From positions 32,860 through 96,859 of the forward strand of contig CADBBQ010000001.1 in NCBI GenBank assembly GCA_902793005.1: a stretch of DNA of 64,000 nt. The letters run 5' to 3'. Each line of letters opens with the position of its first letter. Position 1 is the first letter of the stretch. The position numbers and the translations under genes are program-made. Below the pieces are notes generated by a model. That model was not told where the DNA came from and searched no databases. It saw nothing but the letters and a program-made list of their open reading frames with translations. Below, in pieces: positions 18,021 through 26,328 of the stretch. The stretch is from an uncultured Pseudomonadota bacterium. GTDB taxonomy: Bacteria; Pseudomonadota; Alphaproteobacteria; Rs-D84.

Positions 18021-20477
18021 TCAGTTCATTTCTAATGGTGGGAAACAATCGCCACTGCCCGCCGGACAGCACGCAAATGGGTATTCCGAATCAGGTCCCA
18101 TTTCCGTATAAACTTCGCCCGGACAGCACCCGTTTGCATCAGGTGCCGCACCATCGCAATCCAAACTGCCAACCGTGTCGGCACCTGGGGTGGCGGCGGG
18201 TTGATTAAATGGATTGACGATGACATTTGTTTCATTACCGTCGGCATCTTTTTCGTATTTCAATCCCAAAATATCTTTATTGTATGCCTTGGTTTGTTCT
18301 TCTGTGCGGTTGTCGGCCGTTCCATATGTGTTTTGGAAAGCCTGTTGTTGACTGTTATAATACGCATCCTGCTTTGCCATATTAATCGCCGTATAGTTCT
18401 TGGCCTGGCAATAAGCCAACACCGTTCTGTAATCGTATCCCGCGTTTGATATTTCCAAAGCGGCATTATCTTTAATGCCCCAAACGCCCTTGGTATCTTG
18501 GCTGCAATATGGGTCCAAGTTAAACGCACGAACCTGACCAATCCAGGAAGAATCTGTTTTATCAACGGTCATTTTGCCTTTGACATCTTTCCATTCGCGA
18601 CGTTTTTTATCACTATATTTTGCAAAGGCGCATTTCTTACCCGCGTTTGGCCCGTTTTCATCGCCACAGGTTGCAATCAAATCAACCGGTGAATATACAG
18701 TAATGCGAGTGCCTGCGGCAATTGAAAATGGTGGAACCGTATTATCCAACGCATCAACCATCAATTTTTGTGCAACCTTGTTCCAGGCGGAAATAACCTC
18801 GTTCTTGGCCAATTCGGACGACCGTACCGTCCCCGATTGCACGACCGTGTTATTATCTAAATCAATTTGATTTACAAATGTATCTGCAATCGGTGCAATC
18901 ATATTCACCGCCGCCGGAATCACCGCCGTCAGCAATGGCATAACCATTTGTTCGATATAATCGGTACTGCCATAACCCGGGACACCAACACGCCCCTGGG
19001 AATCCGCAGAATAGGGGTCTTGGTCTTCGTTTTTGAAATTGAATTCAACGCCGTCTGGACGAATAAATTGATACCATTTAATTTCCATACGACCAATGGA
19101 TTTATATGGGCCGGGTAAATTACCACGCAGATAGCCCAACAACAAAGTCCCGGTTGGAATAATGACCGTGCGGCCATTATCGGAATAAACATTTCTGTCC
19201 ACGGTTGCACGAACAGGAATGCCACTGCCGCCTTTGCAATTGCCGTCGTTATCACAATCATACACGGACGGATCGGCGCGAACCTCGGACACTATTGTTG
19301 CCGGAATTGGTTTGAATTGACGCAATATAAATGTTCTGTCATATGGCATACTGGAATAAACCGATTCTGCTTCCTCGGCCGAACCCTTTAATGCATCTGC
19401 GTTCACAGAATTTACGATAAAATTCATACCACCTTCGGTTGGATTCATTGTCTTTTTTAAATTATTCATCCCGCTGGGTTTATATCCATCAGACACCGCC
19501 GTGCGTGTCGCGACAGCCGTCGATTTTGAACGCAATTTTGGTACCGAATTTGCGTTAACCGATGTTCCACGATGATCGGCATCCGTCCCAATTTTGCGCC
19601 CACGACCATCAATACTGGTTATAATCCCCGTATCCGGATTATAAATACCCGTTGGCTTGTTGCATTCGGTATCTGAAAAAGGATGAAATTCATATCGTCC
19701 CGATTTTGGTTTTATCCATCCGATTTGTGTTCCCGACATATCATATCCCGGCATCGCAAAATCAGAACACTTTTCAGGTGCACGCCGCCGTGGTGTTTCG
19801 ACCGGTGTGTTATTTTCAAAAATATTTTTATTCCCACCAACAATTGGTTCAGGCTCATCAAAATCTTCGTCATCAATCAGTTCGTTATCATCGGCAACAA
19901 TGTCATCATCAACCGGTATCGGTTGGGCCACTGGCTTTTTTTCTGGGGCAGGTTCTGGTTTTTTTGTGGCTCCAACGGCACTGACCGGGATAACAATTTT
20001 CGATGTTTGTAAATTCGTATCGCGTGAATCGTTTTTATCATACCATTCAACCAACAAAGTCACTTCGCCCGTTGTGTCCGCCGCACCCGGGGTAAATGTC
20101 ACATCAACCGAACACGGAATATCTTTATTCACCGGTTGATTAGTGCACCCGGCCGTATTCGCCGAAAACCCAGGTACCGAATTTTGCACACTAACCGAAT
20201 CAACAATTGCATCATATGTTGCGTTTATACGGAAAACTTGGCTGCGCTTTGTGCCAATAGGTGTTTTTGAAAAATCAACATTGTTTGGTGTTATCATCAA
20301 TGTGACATCGCGGTTTTGATGCACCACGGTTGGATTATTGACCGGGCGTGACCGTCCCACCAATAAAAACAACAAAATCAATACCACGACAAACGCCGCC
20401 ACCAATAACATCCAGCGAACCGCCTGGGGTGTTGATTCAAAGGTTTCTTTGATTTTGTCTTTGATTGTATTCGCCAT
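18021..20477 (-). CDS. VirB10/TrbI/ComB10-family protein with an N-terminal TM anchor, Pro-rich linker and a cysteine-rich C-terminal extension (818 aa)
   Basis: A transmembrane helix (MLLVAAFVVVLILLFLLV) and a Pro-rich segment (KKPEPAPEKKPVAQPIPVDDD). The conserved VirB10 C-terminal beta-barrel region (PVRATVDRNVYSDNGRTVIIPTGTLLLGYL...IGRMEIKWYQFIRPDGVEFNF...PFSIAAGTRITVYSPVDL) occupies roughly residues 400-620. About 200-250 further residues follow, ending in CDGAAPDANGCCPGEVYTEMGPDSEYPFACCPAGSGDCFPPLEMN. Confidence 0.8.
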   Translation of the reverse strand: MANTIKDKIKETFESTPQAVRWMLLVAAFVVVLILLFLLVGRSRPVNNPTVVHQNRDVTLMITPNNVDFSKTPIGTKRSQVFRINATYDAIVDSVSVQNSVPGFSANTAGCTNQPVNKDIPCSVDVTFTPGAADTTGEVTLLVEWYDKNDSRDTNLQTSKIVIPVSAVGATKKPEPAPEKKPVAQPIPVDDDIVADDNELIDDEDFDEPEPIVGGNKNIFENNTPVETPRRRAPEKCSDFAMPGYDMSGTQIGWIKPKSGRYEFHPFSDTECNKPTGIYNPDTGIITSIDGRGRKIGTDADHRGTSVNANSVPKLRSKSTAVATRTAVSDGYKPSGMNNLKKTMNPTEGGMNFIVNSVNADALKGSAEEAESVYSSMPYDRTFILRQFKPIPATIVSEVRADPSVYDCDNDGNCKGGSGIPVRATVDRNVYSDNGRTVIIPTGTLLLGYLRGNLPGPYKSIGRMEIKWYQFIRPDGVEFNFKNEDQDPYSADSQGRVGVPGYGSTDYIEQMVMPLLTAVIPAAVNMIAPIADTFVNQIDLDNNTVVQSGTVRSSELAKNEVISAWNKVAQKLMVDALDNTVPPFSIAAGTRITVYSPVDLIATCGDENGPNAGKKCAFAKYSDKKRREWKDVKGKMTVDKTDSSWIGQVRAFNLDPYCSQDTKGVWGIKDNAALEISNAGYDYRTVLAYCQAKNYTAINMAKQDAYYNSQQQAFQNTYGTADNRTEEQTKAYNKDILGLKYEKDADGNETNVIVNPFNQPAATPGADTVGSLDCDGAAPDANGCCPGEVYTEMGPDSEYPFACCPAGSGDCFPPLEMN

Positions 20478-20508
20478 AACTATCTGTCCGTATTTTGTTT
20501 ATCACATA

Positions 20509-22026
20509 TTATTGGATTCTGACCACGCGGCATCCCGATACTTGGAATTTCATCAGTTTATCGCACAATGTTTGTGCTTCATCAATGTCCGCCAATGGGC
20601 CAATGCGCAAACGATACATTGCGGCCGACGATACGCCCGAACCTAAATCGCCCACACCTTCGGTATCAATGGCAAAGAACACTTTGTTTTGATATGGAGT
20701 CAAAATTCCAGCACCACCATCGCCACTGAATTTAACTAACAAATCGTTCCAGTATTCTTCCAACGCCTTGGGTGATTTGTCAGACGCAAATTCCACCGCA
20801 ACCCCCGATTGATTAGATTTAATCAACGGAATATTTGATTGTGGCAAATACGAACCGGCTGTTTCGCGCACGGTTGGCATCATCGATGTCCCACCAGATG
20901 TTGTGGAAACATTTGTCGTATTTGTTGACGCACCGTATCCAGCCGGCATATAAACGCCCGTTGCCATTGGATTTGGTACATTTGACATATACATCGGTGT
21001 CGCGGTGTAATCCATTGTGCCACCATACATCGCCGACATATCTGCATCATACGCGATATTGTTTAATGATTGTCCAGACATCATACTTTGCGCAACATTC
21101 GCCTCGGCCAACGCCATAACCGATGCCGTGTCCGCAATCAAGAACGGTTTTTCACGTTTTTTGATACAAACGATGCGTTGACCACTGCGCAACACCATAT
21201 CACCCACAGCCTCGACAATTAATAATCTGCCGTCTTGACCATCGGTGCGGAAACCAACCGGGGATTCGCCACCTTCGATTAATAAAGACACCACCGGTCT
21301 TTGTGTCATTGCGATAACCTTGTCGCCAAAGTCAATATATGTAAATATTTTATCACGCCACACGCGTTCCGGCGCAATTACATAATCGTCCGGGTTTGGA
21401 ACAAAAATATCCAAATCAAATCTGAATTCAGACGGGTCAATTTTCATAGATTTAATCCACGCATAATCTTCGCCGTCAACGCCAACGGTATTCGATGCCG
21501 GCGCCGCCTTTTTAAATATAGAATTCATCCCCCCAGATTGGCGCTGTGGCGTGGCGGTCGCATTTGCAACCGTTGCACCATTGTCCAACACAATATCCAC
21601 CTGGGAATAAGAAATTTCCGAAGAATCTATTGTCCCGGGACTGGACAGGTAAAATATGTATTTATTTCCTGATTGTCCCGTCACAATCATATTTGTATCG
21701 GATTCGCTTGCCTCCATTGGGGTCACATAAAATGTTCGGTCGCCTTGGGTTGCCTCGATTTGATACAAAGATTGGTCGCCAACAACGGCATCAGCAATTT
21801 GTTCGCCGTTTGGCAATGTCACCATTGTCACCATACCATTGCGTAATTTTAAAGGCAAAACCGTCCCCGTTGACCACGCCAATTGTGCGTATCCGGGTTT
21901 CGTACTGCCGGCGGCCATATTTGCGGTTGGGTTTTCCCACGCGCGTTGTACAGCGGCATCGGCGACGCCCACAGACATCAAAATCAACAAAGACACTAAT
22001 CCATTGATTTTTAAAACTTTTAACAT
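20509..22026 (-). CDS. VirB9/TrbG/ComB9-family protein with a C-terminal low-complexity linker and SPOR-like domain (505 aa)
   Basis: Signal peptide MLKVLKINGLVSLLILMSVGVADA. A VirB9 N-domain (GDRTFYVTPMEASESDTNMIVTGQSGNKYIFYLSS) and a VirB9 C-domain (KIFTYIDFGDKVIAMTQRPVVSLLIEGGESPVGFRTDGQDGRLLIVEAVGDMVLRSGQRIVCI). Then about 200 extra residues: a S/T/M/G/Y-rich linker and a terminal SPOR-like segment (...YRLRIGPLADIDEAQTLCDKLMKFQVSGCRVVRIQ). Confidence 0.7.
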   Translation of the reverse strand: MLKVLKINGLVSLLILMSVGVADAAVQRAWENPTANMAAGSTKPGYAQLAWSTGTVLPLKLRNGMVTMVTLPNGEQIADAVVGDQSLYQIEATQGDRTFYVTPMEASESDTNMIVTGQSGNKYIFYLSSPGTIDSSEISYSQVDIVLDNGATVANATATPQRQSGGMNSIFKKAAPASNTVGVDGEDYAWIKSMKIDPSEFRFDLDIFVPNPDDYVIAPERVWRDKIFTYIDFGDKVIAMTQRPVVSLLIEGGESPVGFRTDGQDGRLLIVEAVGDMVLRSGQRIVCIKKREKPFLIADTASVMALAEANVAQSMMSGQSLNNIAYDADMSAMYGGTMDYTATPMYMSNVPNPMATGVYMPAGYGASTNTTNVSTTSGGTSMMPTVRETAGSYLPQSNIPLIKSNQSGVAVEFASDKSPKALEEYWNDLLVKFSGDGGAGILTPYQNKVFFAIDTEGVGDLGSGVSSAAMYRLRIGPLADIDEAQTLCDKLMKFQVSGCRVVRIQ

Positions 22027-22051
22027 CCCTTTCTTCCTTTGTTTTTTTATT

Positions 22052-22813
22052 TTAATTTGCTTGGCGTGTCCAATTTAACGGATCATATTGTTCTTGGTCC
22101 AAGATTTTGCCATCTGGGCCGATAACATTATATTCACTGACACGGAAACCCAACGGGTTTTCCATACGTTCCGCCCAACGAATTGCATTGTTTGCATTAG
22201 ATTCCAATTTCACGCGCAATCTGTATGGTTTACGATATTCCATATCCCCCAACGGCCCATAATTGCACACATATGTAAAACTGACATCATATGTATCGGC
22301 GGTATTTGATGCGACCGTATCAACCACAGAATAACTGGCCGGATATTCAACCGTGCACCGGACATCAAAAGCCTCGTCTAAATCTTGACGGATAACATTT
22401 ACCATATCTGTCATAACGAATTGTCCAAAAACCGTATCTGTTGAACGATTTTTGATAACCCCATCGTCGCTGTACGCCCATTTTGCACGCATAATCGCCA
22501 AATCAGGCACGATTTCATTACGTTCACGAACATATTCGCGAATAAATTGTTTTTTGTAATCGTCCAAATTTTCCGGCATCTGGGTCAACGTCAGTTCTTT
22601 ATCAGTTAAATTTTGCGATGTTAAAAAGAACACCTGGGGACGATTTAACGGGAACATTTTATCCAATGTCCAAACCAATACCCCCAGCACGACCAAGGCC
22701 GTTGCCATAACAAAGGTCATTAATCTAGATATCAAAACTGGCGGTTCTATGCGTTCTGGCACAGGTTTTTCTCCCCCTTTTATTAAATGATTGTAGAAAA
22801 AATATTTATACAT
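22052..22813 (-). CDS. VirB8/ComB8-family protein
   Basis: Short cytoplasmic N-terminus, one transmembrane helix (LMTFVMATALVVLGVLVW) and a periplasmic NTF2-like domain carrying the VirB8 signature NPLGFRVSEY. ORF 22052-22819 begins with TTG; an ATG two codons in (22813) is the likelier start. Confidence 0.75.
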   Translation of the reverse strand: MYKYFFYNHLIKGGEKPVPERIEPPVLISRLMTFVMATALVVLGVLVWTLDKMFPLNRPQVFFLTSQNLTDKELTLTQMPENLDDYKKQFIREYVRERNEIVPDLAIMRAKWAYSDDGVIKNRSTDTVFGQFVMTDMVNVIRQDLDEAFDVRCTVEYPASYSVVDTVASNTADTYDVSFTYVCNYGPLGDMEYRKPYRLRVKLESNANNAIRWAERMENPLGFRVSEYNVIGPDGKILDQEQYDPLNWTRQAN

Positions 22814-22997
22814 ACGCAAGTAAAAAATATATAAAACTTATCTGAAAAGTGCGCCCTGAAAACTGAACGCCGGGGCAAGTTTTTACTTGCGTTAAAATAA
22901 TTAAATCTTTATAATATTTTTCGCTTGATTTTTGCCAATGTTGTGCTAGCCTTGGCAAGAATATCGGTTATATCGTGCGCAACGGGTTTGTCTATCC

Positions 22998-23071
22998 AGG
23001 GGCTTAGTTCAACGGTAGAATATCGGTCTCCAAAACCGCGGATGAGGGTTCGATTCCTTCAGCCCCTGCCA
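22998..23071 (+). tRNA. trnW: tRNA-Trp (anticodon CCA)
   Basis: aggggcttagttcaacggtagaatatcggtctCCAaaaccgcggatgagggttcgattccttcagcccctgcca: a cloverleaf with 7-bp acceptor stem, anticodon loop ctCCAaa and encoded CCA. Its position before secE-nusG is canonical. Confidence 0.9.
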
Positions 23072-23140
23072 GAATCTTGGCCTTGCATAACCCGATGATA
23101 TTACTGATAAAGTCTGGACAAAAAAACAAGTGGATGCTTT

Positions 23141-23320
23141 ATGAAAAAAGTATTTGATTACATAAAATCTGTTCGCGCAGAATGGTTTAAAATTGTATGG
23201 CCATCGCGTGATACTGTTATACGTTCAACCATAATGATTTTGATATTTTCTGGGTTGGCGGCGTTGTTTTTCTTTGTTGTGGACAGTATTCTTAACGCAC
23301 TTGTAAATTGGATTTTCTAA
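23141..23320 (+). CDS. secE: Preprotein translocase subunit SecE (59 aa)
   Basis: My translation: MKKVFDYIKSVRAEWFKIVWPSRDTVIRSTIMILIFSGLAALFFFVVDSILNALVNWIF, the single-TM SecE core (EWxKVxWP). It lies between tRNA-Trp and nusG as in most bacteria, and is absent from the ORF track because it is under 60 aa. Confidence 0.8.
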   Translation: MKKVFDYIKSVRAEWFKIVWPSRDTVIRSTIMILIFSGLAALFFFVVDSILNALVNWIF

Positions 23321-23355
23321 CACTGGGGTAACAAAACACCAAAGGGGTATATGAA

Positions 23356-23889
23356 ATGGAAGATAAAATGCAGTGGTTTGTTGTTAATGTTCATACTGGG
23401 GCCGAAGATAAAGTCGCCCGTCAGTTGCGTGAACAGGTTGATAAACGTCGTTTAAATGCATACTTTGGTGAAATTTTGGTTCCCACGCGTGAGGTTGCGG
23501 AAATCAAGGGTGGAAAACGTGTTGTTTCTGAAAAGAAATTTTTTCCTGGATACATTGTTGTTCAAATGGTTTTGAATAATGAAACGTTTTCATTGATTAA
23601 ATTGATGCCTTTGGTTGTTATGTTTTTGGGTGCAAAAAATAAACCAATCCCGGTTACCGAGGAAGAAGCCCGTCGTTTGTTAAAACAGGTCGAAGAGGGT
23701 AATCGTGTTCCCGAAGAAATTATATACGAAAAAGGTCAAGAGGTTCACGTTATTGATGGGCCGTTCTCGGGATTCAACGGTATTATTTCCGAGGTTGATA
23801 ATTTGAAACAAAAAATGAATGTGACGGTCTTGGTATTTGGGCGTGAAACCGGTATGGAATTAGACTTTGCCCAGGTCGAAAGAGTTTAG
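23356..23889 (+). CDS. nusG: Transcription termination/antitermination factor NusG
   Basis: NGN domain (QWFVVNVHTGAEDKVA) and a C-terminal KOW (EVHVIDGPFSGFNGIISEVD). Confidence 0.93.
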   Translation: MEDKMQWFVVNVHTGAEDKVARQLREQVDKRRLNAYFGEILVPTREVAEIKGGKRVVSEKKFFPGYIVVQMVLNNETFSLIKLMPLVVMFLGAKNKPIPVTEEEARRLLKQVEEGNRVPEEIIYEKGQEVHVIDGPFSGFNGIISEVDNLKQKMNVTVLVFGRETGMELDFAQVERV

Positions 23890-24000
23890 TTTGGGTGTTC
23901 CAAACTGAAAAAAACACATTGTGTGTTTTTAATAAAATCCGTGGCAGATGGCCATATCGTACCACGGGGTTACTTGAAAAAACAAAAGAGGTAAAACAAA

Positions 24001-24432
24001 ATGGCAAAAAAAGAAGTAAAAAGTCTTGTAAAGTTGGTTGTCCCAGCAAAACAAGCAAACCCGGCTCCACCGATTGGTCCGGCGTTGGGTGCGGCGGGTG
24101 TTAATATCGCCGAATTCTGCAAACAATTTAATGACAAAACAGCCGACAAAAAACCTGGAATGCCAATTCCTTGTATTATCACTGTTTATACAGACCGCAG
24201 TTTTGAATTCGTTATGAAATTGCCGCCTGTGTCATATTACATCAAAGAAGCGTTAAAATTGAAATCTGGTTCTCATAAACCGGGTCGTGAATTTGTTGGA
24301 ACATTGAACAAATCGCAAATCAAAGAAATTGCTGAAAACAAAATGCCTGATTTGAATTGCTCTACCATTGAATCTGCGATGAATATCGTTGCGGGTCAGT
24401 GCCGTTCTATGGGTGTCAAGGTGGAGGATTAA
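24001..24432 (+). CDS. rplK: 50S ribosomal protein L11
   Basis: MAKKEVKSLVKLVVPAKQANPAPPIGPALGAAGVNI..., the canonical L11 sequence. Confidence 0.95.
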   Translation: MAKKEVKSLVKLVVPAKQANPAPPIGPALGAAGVNIAEFCKQFNDKTADKKPGMPIPCIITVYTDRSFEFVMKLPPVSYYIKEALKLKSGSHKPGREFVGTLNKSQIKEIAENKMPDLNCSTIESAMNIVAGQCRSMGVKVED

Positions 24433-24434
24433 TT

Positions 24435-25109
24435 ATGAAACAGACAAAAAGACAAAAAGTATTATCCGCATTGGATAAAGAAAAAGTTTACACAATTTCT
24501 GATGCGATTGAGGCATTGCGTCCATATTGTTCGTCTAAATTTGATGAAACATTGGAAATTGCGGTGCGTTTGGGTATTGATGTGACCAAAAACGATCAAA
24601 ATATTCGTGGTATGTTGTCTTTGCCAAACGGAACCGGTAAAACTGTCCGTGTTGCCGTGTTTACCGAAAATGCCCAGGACGATGCCAAAAAGGCTGGTGC
24701 CGACGTTATTGGTGGCGAAGATTTAATTGCCCGCGTATTGGATGGTAACATTGATTTTGATCGTGTAATTGCGACACCTGATATGATGCCAAAAATGTCC
24801 AAGGTTGCCCGTGTTTTGGGACCAAAAGGTTTAATGCCGAATCCGAAATTGGGTACGGTTACAACCAATGTTGCCGAAGCAGTCAAAACCGCCAAGGCGG
24901 GACAAATTGAATACCGTGCGGACAAAAATGGTATTATTCACGCCGGTGTTGGCAAAATGTCTTTTGCAACGGATAAATTGGTTGAAAATGCAAATGCGTT
25001 GATTGACCAATTGAAAAAGGTTAAACCTGCGTCCAGTAAGGGTCAATACATCTTGGGATGCAGTGTCGCAACAACCCAAGGCGCTGGCTTAAAGGTTGAT
25101 GTAAAATAA
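24435..25109 (+). CDS. rplA: 50S ribosomal protein L1
   Basis: MKQTKRQKVL...FDETLEIAVRLGIDV...RVLGPKGLMPNPKLGTVT. The start is the ATG after the rplK stop; ORF-track coordinates 24399-25109 include upstream read-through. Confidence 0.95.
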   Translation: MKQTKRQKVLSALDKEKVYTISDAIEALRPYCSSKFDETLEIAVRLGIDVTKNDQNIRGMLSLPNGTGKTVRVAVFTENAQDDAKKAGADVIGGEDLIARVLDGNIDFDRVIATPDMMPKMSKVARVLGPKGLMPNPKLGTVTTNVAEAVKTAKAGQIEYRADKNGIIHAGVGKMSFATDKLVENANALIDQLKKVKPASSKGQYILGCSVATTQGAGLKVDVK

Positions 25110-25132
25110 TATTTTTCAAGGTTTATATGTGC

Positions 25133-25172
25133 AAAGTTTGAACTTTGAACTTTGCACTTTGAACTTTGATAA
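25133..25172. repeat. TTTGAAC/TTTGCAC short tandem repeat (intergenic rplA-rplJ); an identical 33-mer occurs at 61938-61970
   Basis: ttgaactttgaactttgcactttgaactttgat is found verbatim at both loci. Degenerate relatives are at 36190-36228, 36490-36520, 36945-36985 and 44078-44175. Confidence 0.8.
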
Positions 25173-25318
25173 CAAGATTTCTGTCCGAGACTGATGGTGT
25201 GGCAACACTTAATTCCCATCATAGACAAAGAAAATTCTTTGGGGCAGAAAGCAAAGCCCCACCCACAAAACAATGTGGATGGATAAGTTAAACAAAACGA
25301 AGAAGTAAGGGTATATAG

Positions 25319-25798
25319 ATGAGACGCGAAGAAAAATCAGATTTGATTTCAGCGTTGCAGTCGTCCTTGAAATCCGCAAACGGTGTTTTCGTTATTGAAA
25401 ACCACGGTTTGACAGTGCGCGAAATGGAAACATTACGTAATGAATTACGTCCATTGGTGTCTTTGTTCAAAGTCGTGAAAAACCGTTTGATGAAGTTGGC
25501 GTTGGCCGACACTGATTTCGCACCTGTATCCGATATGATGAAACGTCCAACGGCGGTTGCGATTGCAACAGACGCATTGGCGGTCACCAAGGTTTTGGCC
25601 AAGTTTGCCGATGAACATCCGAACTTGACAATTGTTGGTGGAAAAATGGATGCGGATGTATTGGGTGTGGATGACATTGTGCAATTATCCAAGCTTCCTT
25701 CCCTGTTGGAAATTCGTTCTACTATTGCGCGTATTTTGGTTGAACCTGCATCGCGTTTGGCACGTGTTTCTGCAGAGTATGGAAAAAAAGAAAATTAA
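25319..25798 (+). CDS. rplJ: 50S ribosomal protein L10
   Basis: 159 aa, L10 family (KSDLISALQSSLKSANGVFVIENHGLTVREMETLR). Confidence 0.9.
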   Translation: MRREEKSDLISALQSSLKSANGVFVIENHGLTVREMETLRNELRPLVSLFKVVKNRLMKLALADTDFAPVSDMMKRPTAVAIATDALAVTKVLAKFADEHPNLTIVGGKMDADVLGVDDIVQLSKLPSLLEIRSTIARILVEPASRLARVSAEYGKKEN

Positions 25799-25822
25799 AC
25801 TAGAACTCACAAGGAGTAAAAA

Positions 25823-26188
25823 ATGGCAGACATTCAAAAATTAGTTGAAGAATTGTCAAAATTGACTGTTTTGGAAGCCGTCGAACTGTCCAAAGCATTA
25901 GAAGAAACATGGGGCGTCAGTGCCGCCGCTGCGGTCGCAGTTGCTGCGGGCCCGGCTGCTGCTGCTGCTGAAGAAAAAACAGAATTTGATGTCGTCTTGG
26001 CAGAAGCCGGCGCCAACAAATTGGCTGTTATCAAGGCTGTGAAAGATATCACAGGTTTGGGCCTGTCGGAAGCCAAAGCTTTGGTTGAATCTGCACCCAA
26101 GGCCGTGAAAGAAGGCGTTGCCAAAGAAGAAGCCGAAAAAATGAAGGCAACTTTGGAAGCCGCTGGCGCAAAAGTAGAAATGAAATAA
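25823..26188 (+). CDS. rplL: 50S ribosomal protein L7/L12
   Basis: N-terminal dimerisation helix, Ala-rich hinge ([19 protein letters not shown]) and C-terminal domain ([28 protein letters not shown]). Confidence 0.95.
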   Translation: MADIQKLVEELSKLTVLEAVELSKALEETWGVSAAAAVAVAAGPAAAAAEEKTEFDVVLAEAGANKLAVIKAVKDITGLGLSEAKALVESAPKAVKEGVAKEEAEKMKATLEAAGAKVEMK

Positions 26189-26328
26189 TTTTTACAAAAA
26201 ATTGCTAATCGCACAAACTTGCGATTCGTGTCCTGGCCCACCGAAAAAAATTTCGGTGGGCGTTGGGCGAAAATATATTACAAACAGTTTCGTTTGCAAA
26301 ACGCATAGAAAAAAAGGAATTTAAACCC

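Noticed and set aside
18032-20139. Multiple ORFs on the plus strand across 18032-20139 opposite the virB10-like gene.
   Set aside because: Antisense shadows of an 818-aa gene with strong domain evidence on the minus strand.
22805-22892. Inverted repeat acgcaagtaaaaa ... tttttacttgcgt spanning the virB8 start; considered as an invertible promoter switch.
   Set aside because: The arms are only 13 bp, the interval is about 55 bp, and no invertase is nearby. It is more likely a 5'-UTR hairpin or terminator for the upstream region; noted only within the T4SS finding.
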